This document shows, piece after piece, positions 29,309 to 32,000 of a stretch of 32,000 bases of DNA. This stretch comes from Vibrio vulnificus CMCP6 (GTDB lineage: Bacteria > Pseudomonadota > Gammaproteobacteria > Enterobacterales > Vibrionaceae), in assembly GCF_000039765.1 (NCBI RefSeq), contig NC_004459.3:1650001-1682000 (forward strand). Direction: 5' to 3'. Numbering within the stretch: the first letter of the stretch is position 1; each line of letters opens with the position of its first letter. Position numbers and translations under genes: made by a program. The notes beneath the pieces are model-generated. The model had not been told where the DNA came from and did no database searches. It saw only the letters and a list, made by a program, of their open reading frames with translations.

Positions 29309-32000
29309 ATGACACAACTTACAGTTAAAGCACTGAGTGAAGAAATTGGTACGCCAGTTGACCGCTTATTAGAGCAACTTGCTGATGCTGGCATGAAAAA
29401 ATCGAGTTCAGATCAAGTTTCAGATGAAGAGAAGCAAAAACTGCTGACGCATCTGAAAAAAGAGCACGGCGACACCTCTGGTGACGCCGAACCAACTCGT
29501 TTGACTCTACAGCGTAAAACACGCAGCACGCTAAGTGTTAATGCTGGCGGTGGTAAGAGTAAAGATGTTCAGATTGAAGTGCGCAAAAAGCGTACCTACG
29601 TAAAACGTAGTGCAATCGAAGACGAAGCAAAACGCGAAGCTGAAGAAGCGGCGCAACGTGAAGCTGAAGAAGCAGCAAAACGTGCAGCCGAAGAAGCGGC
29701 GAAACGTGAAGCTGAAGAAGCAGCGAAACGTGAAGCTGAAGAAAAAGCGAAACGTGAAGCTGAAGAAGCCGCAAAACGTGAAGCTGAGAAGTCGGTTGAT
29801 CGTGATGCAGAAGAGAAAGCGAAACGTGATGCTGAAGGTAAAGCAAAACGTGACGCTGAAGAAAAAGTTAAGCAAGAAGCAGCGCGAAAAGAGGCCGAAG
29901 AGCTAAAACGTCGTCAGGAAGAAGAAGCTAAGCGTAAGGCTGAAGAGGAAAGTCAGCGCAAGCTTGAAGAAGCTCGCGAGATGGCTGAAAAGAATAAAGA
30001 GCGTTGGTCTGCTGCAGAAGAGAATAAGGGTGATATGGAAGATACAGATTACCATGTAACGACTTCACAATATGCACGTGAAGCCGAAGATGAAGCAGAT
30101 CGTAAAGAAGAAGAAGCTCGTCGCCGTAAGAAGAAGACCAAATCTTCTGCTAAAGCGAGCGAAAATGACGAACGTGGCGGTCCACGTGTACAACGTGGTG
30201 GAAAGGGTGGCCGTAAAGGCAAACTTTCTAAGCCTAAGTCAATGCAACACGGTTTTGATAAGAGCGCAGTTGTTGCGAAATCAGACGTTGTGATTGGTGA
30301 GACGATCGTTGTTTCTGAACTTGCGAACAAAATGTCGGTTAAAGCGACCGAAGTTATCAAGATCATGATGAAGATGGGCGCTATGGCAACCATCAACCAA
30401 GTTATTGACCAAGAAACAGCGCAGCTTGTTGCTGAGGAAATGGGTCACAAAGTTGTTCTACGCAAAGAAAACGAGCTTGAAGAAGCGGTACTTTCTGATC
30501 GTGACAACATGTTTGAAGCGGTACCTCGTGCTCCTGTCGTAACCATCATGGGCCACGTAGACCACGGTAAAACGTCAACGCTTGACTACATTCGTCGTAC
30601 TCACGTTGCCTCTGGTGAAGCGGGCGGTATTACGCAGCACATCGGTGCATACCACGTTGAAACTGAGAACGGCATGATCACCTTCCTGGATACTCCTGGA
30701 CACGCGGCGTTTACCGCAATGCGTGCTCGTGGTGCTCAAGCGACGGATATCGTTGTTCTTGTTGTTGCGGCAGACGATGGTGTAATGCCACAAACTGTAG
30801 AAGCAATTCAGCACGCGAAAGCGGCTGGTGTTCCACTGATTGTTGCAGTGAACAAGATCGATAAAGAAGAAGCAAACCCAGACAACGTTAAGAACGAGCT
30901 ATCTCAGTACAACGTAATGCCTGAAGAGTGGGGCGGTGAGAACATGTTTGTTCACATCTCTGCGAAACAAGGTACTAACATTGATCAACTACTTGAGACA
31001 ATCCTTCTTCAAGCTGAAGTTCTAGAACTAACAGCAGTGAAAGACGGTATGGCTTCTGGTGTGGTTGTTGAATCTCGCCTTGATAAAGGTCGTGGTCCGG
31101 TTGCAACTGTACTTGTTCAATCTGGTACGCTACGCAAAGGTGATATCGTTCTATGTGGCCAAGAGTATGGCCGTGTACGTGCGATGCGTGACGAAATCGG
31201 TAACGAAGTTAACGAAGCTGGCCCATCAATCCCTGTAGAGATCCTAGGTCTTTCTGGCGTTCCAGCTGCGGGTGATGAAGCGACTGTTGTTCGTGATGAG
31301 CGTAAAGCACGTGAAGTAGCTAACTACCGTGCAGGTAAGTTCCGCGAAGTGAAACTGGCTCGTCAGCAGAAGTCTAAACTAGAGAACATGTTCTCTAACA
31401 TGGCGGCTGGTGATGTTGCAGAACTTAACATCGTACTGAAAGCTGACGTACAAGGCTCTGTTGAAGCTATCGCAGACTCACTAACAAAACTTTCAACTGA
31501 AGAAGTGAAAGTGAACATTGTGGGCTCTGGTGTTGGTGGTATCACAGAAACTGACGCAGTACTTGCTGAAGCGTCTAACGCAATCATCCTGGGCTTTAAC
31601 GTTCGTGCTGATGCCTCTGCGCGTCGAGCTATCGAAGCGGCAAGCATTGATCTACGTTACTACTCAATCATTTACCAATTGATCGACGAAGTGAAACAAG
31701 CGATGAGCGGTATGCTTGCGCCTGAATTCAAACAAGAGATCATTGGTCTTGCTGAAGTTCGTGACGTGTTTAAGTCACCTAAGCTGGGCGCAATCGCAGG
31801 CTGTATGGTTACTGAAGGTCTGATCAAGCGTAACGCACCTATCCGTGTACTTCGTGATAACGTTGTAATCTACGAAGGTGAGCTTGAGTCACTACGTCGC
31901 TTTAAAGACGACGTTGCAGAAGTTAAGAATGGCTACGAGTGTGGTATCGGCGTTAAGAACTACAATGATGTTCGCGTTGGTGACCAAATCGAAGTATTCG
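29309..32000 (+). CDS. infB: Translation initiation factor IF-2 (3' end beyond the window)
   Basis: ATG at 29309, SD-like GGGGAGGAAG upstream; [28 protein letters not shown]..., GTPase motifs [26 protein letters not shown]. Confidence 0.96.
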   Translation, partial: MTQLTVKALSEEIGTPVDRLLEQLADAGMKKSSSDQVSDEEKQKLLTHLKKEHGDTSGDAEPTRLTLQRKTRSTLSVNAGGGKSKDVQIEVRKKRTYVKRSAIEDEAKREAEEAAQREAEEAAKRAAEEAAKREAEEAAKREAEEKAKREAEEAAKREAEKSVDRDAEEKAKRDAEGKAKRDAEEKVKQEAARKEAEELKRRQEEEAKRKAEEESQRKLEEAREMAEKNKERWSAAEENKGDMEDTDYHVTTSQYAREAEDEADRKEEEARRRKKKTKSSAKASENDERGGPRVQRGGKGGRKGKLSKPKSMQHGFDKSAVVAKSDVVIGETIVVSELANKMSVKATEVIKIMMKMGAMATINQVIDQETAQLVAEEMGHKVVLRKENELEEAVLSDRDNMFEAVPRAPVVTIMGHVDHGKTSTLDYIRRTHVASGEAGGITQHIGAYHVETENGMITFLDTPGHAAFTAMRARGAQATDIVVLVVAADDGVMPQTVEAIQHAKAAGVPLIVAVNKIDKEEANPDNVKNELSQYNVMPEEWGGENMFVHISAKQGTNIDQLLETILLQAEVLELTAVKDGMASGVVVESRLDKGRGPVATVLVQSGTLRKGDIVLCGQEYGRVRAMRDEIGNEVNEAGPSIPVEILGLSGVPAAGDEATVVRDERKAREVANYRAGKFREVKLARQQKSKLENMFSNMAAGDVAELNIVLKADVQGSVEAIADSLTKLSTEEVKVNIVGSGVGGITETDAVLAEASNAIILGFNVRADASARRAIEAASIDLRYYSIIYQLIDEVKQAMSGMLAPEFKQEIIGLAEVRDVFKSPKLGAIAGCMVTEGLIKRNAPIRVLRDNVVIYEGELESLRRFKDDVAEVKNGYECGIGVKNYNDVRVGDQIEVF
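29633..29800 (+). repeat. In-frame degenerate 24-nt (8-aa, EAEEAAKR-like) tandem repeat in the IF-2 N-terminal region
   Basis: Repeated (gaagctgaagaagcggcgaaacgt)-like units encoding [18 protein letters not shown].... Confidence 0.85.

Noticed and set aside
29633-29800. Tandem repeats that might suggest a CRISPR or mobile repeat array
   Set aside because: They are in-frame EAEEAAKR-type codon repeats in infB, without unique spacers, which is a normal variable feature of IF-2 N-termini.
29531-29906. Long antisense ORFs (114 aa and 98 aa) opposite the infB 5' region, Phe/Leu-rich or Lys/Arg-rich
   Set aside because: They are low-complexity reflections of the GAAGCTGAAGAAGC-type repeats coding the IF-2 N-terminal helix. 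No SD or family features.

Overview
This is a chromosomal core-genome segment from a Vibrio-type gammaproteobacterium. Species is not assigned; the family-level calls rest on protein motifs and gene order. Left to right: (-) N-terminal part of a family 5 solute-binding protein, likely the chitin-oligosaccharide-binding protein Cbp; (-) an 1129-aa hybrid sensor kinase resembling ChiS; (-) rsmC; (-) AI-2E/PerM-family permease; (-) hemL; (+) erpA; (+) RND efflux adaptor and pump; (-) LysM/M23-type peptidase; (+) tyrS; (-) DUF454/YbaN-like protein; (-) dacB; (-) ompU-like porin; (+) greA; (-) yhbY; (+) rlmE, ftsH, folP, glmM, secG, tRNA-Leu(GAG), initiator tRNA-Met, rimP, nusA and infB (truncated at the right edge). 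I see no CRISPR array, phage, transposon, toxin-antitoxin pair or convincing new defence system. The items worth a second look are regulatory or very small: an IscR type-1-like site overlapping a consensus-like erpA promoter; a 38-aa Cys-rich N-terminus plus TM mini-ORF between the permease gene and hemL; a structured, repeat-containing ~940-bp gap between cbp and chiS with a CRP-like site; a strong terminator in the greA leader; a terminator only 10 bp before folP; stacked hairpins before rimP; and paired palindromes upstream of the porin.
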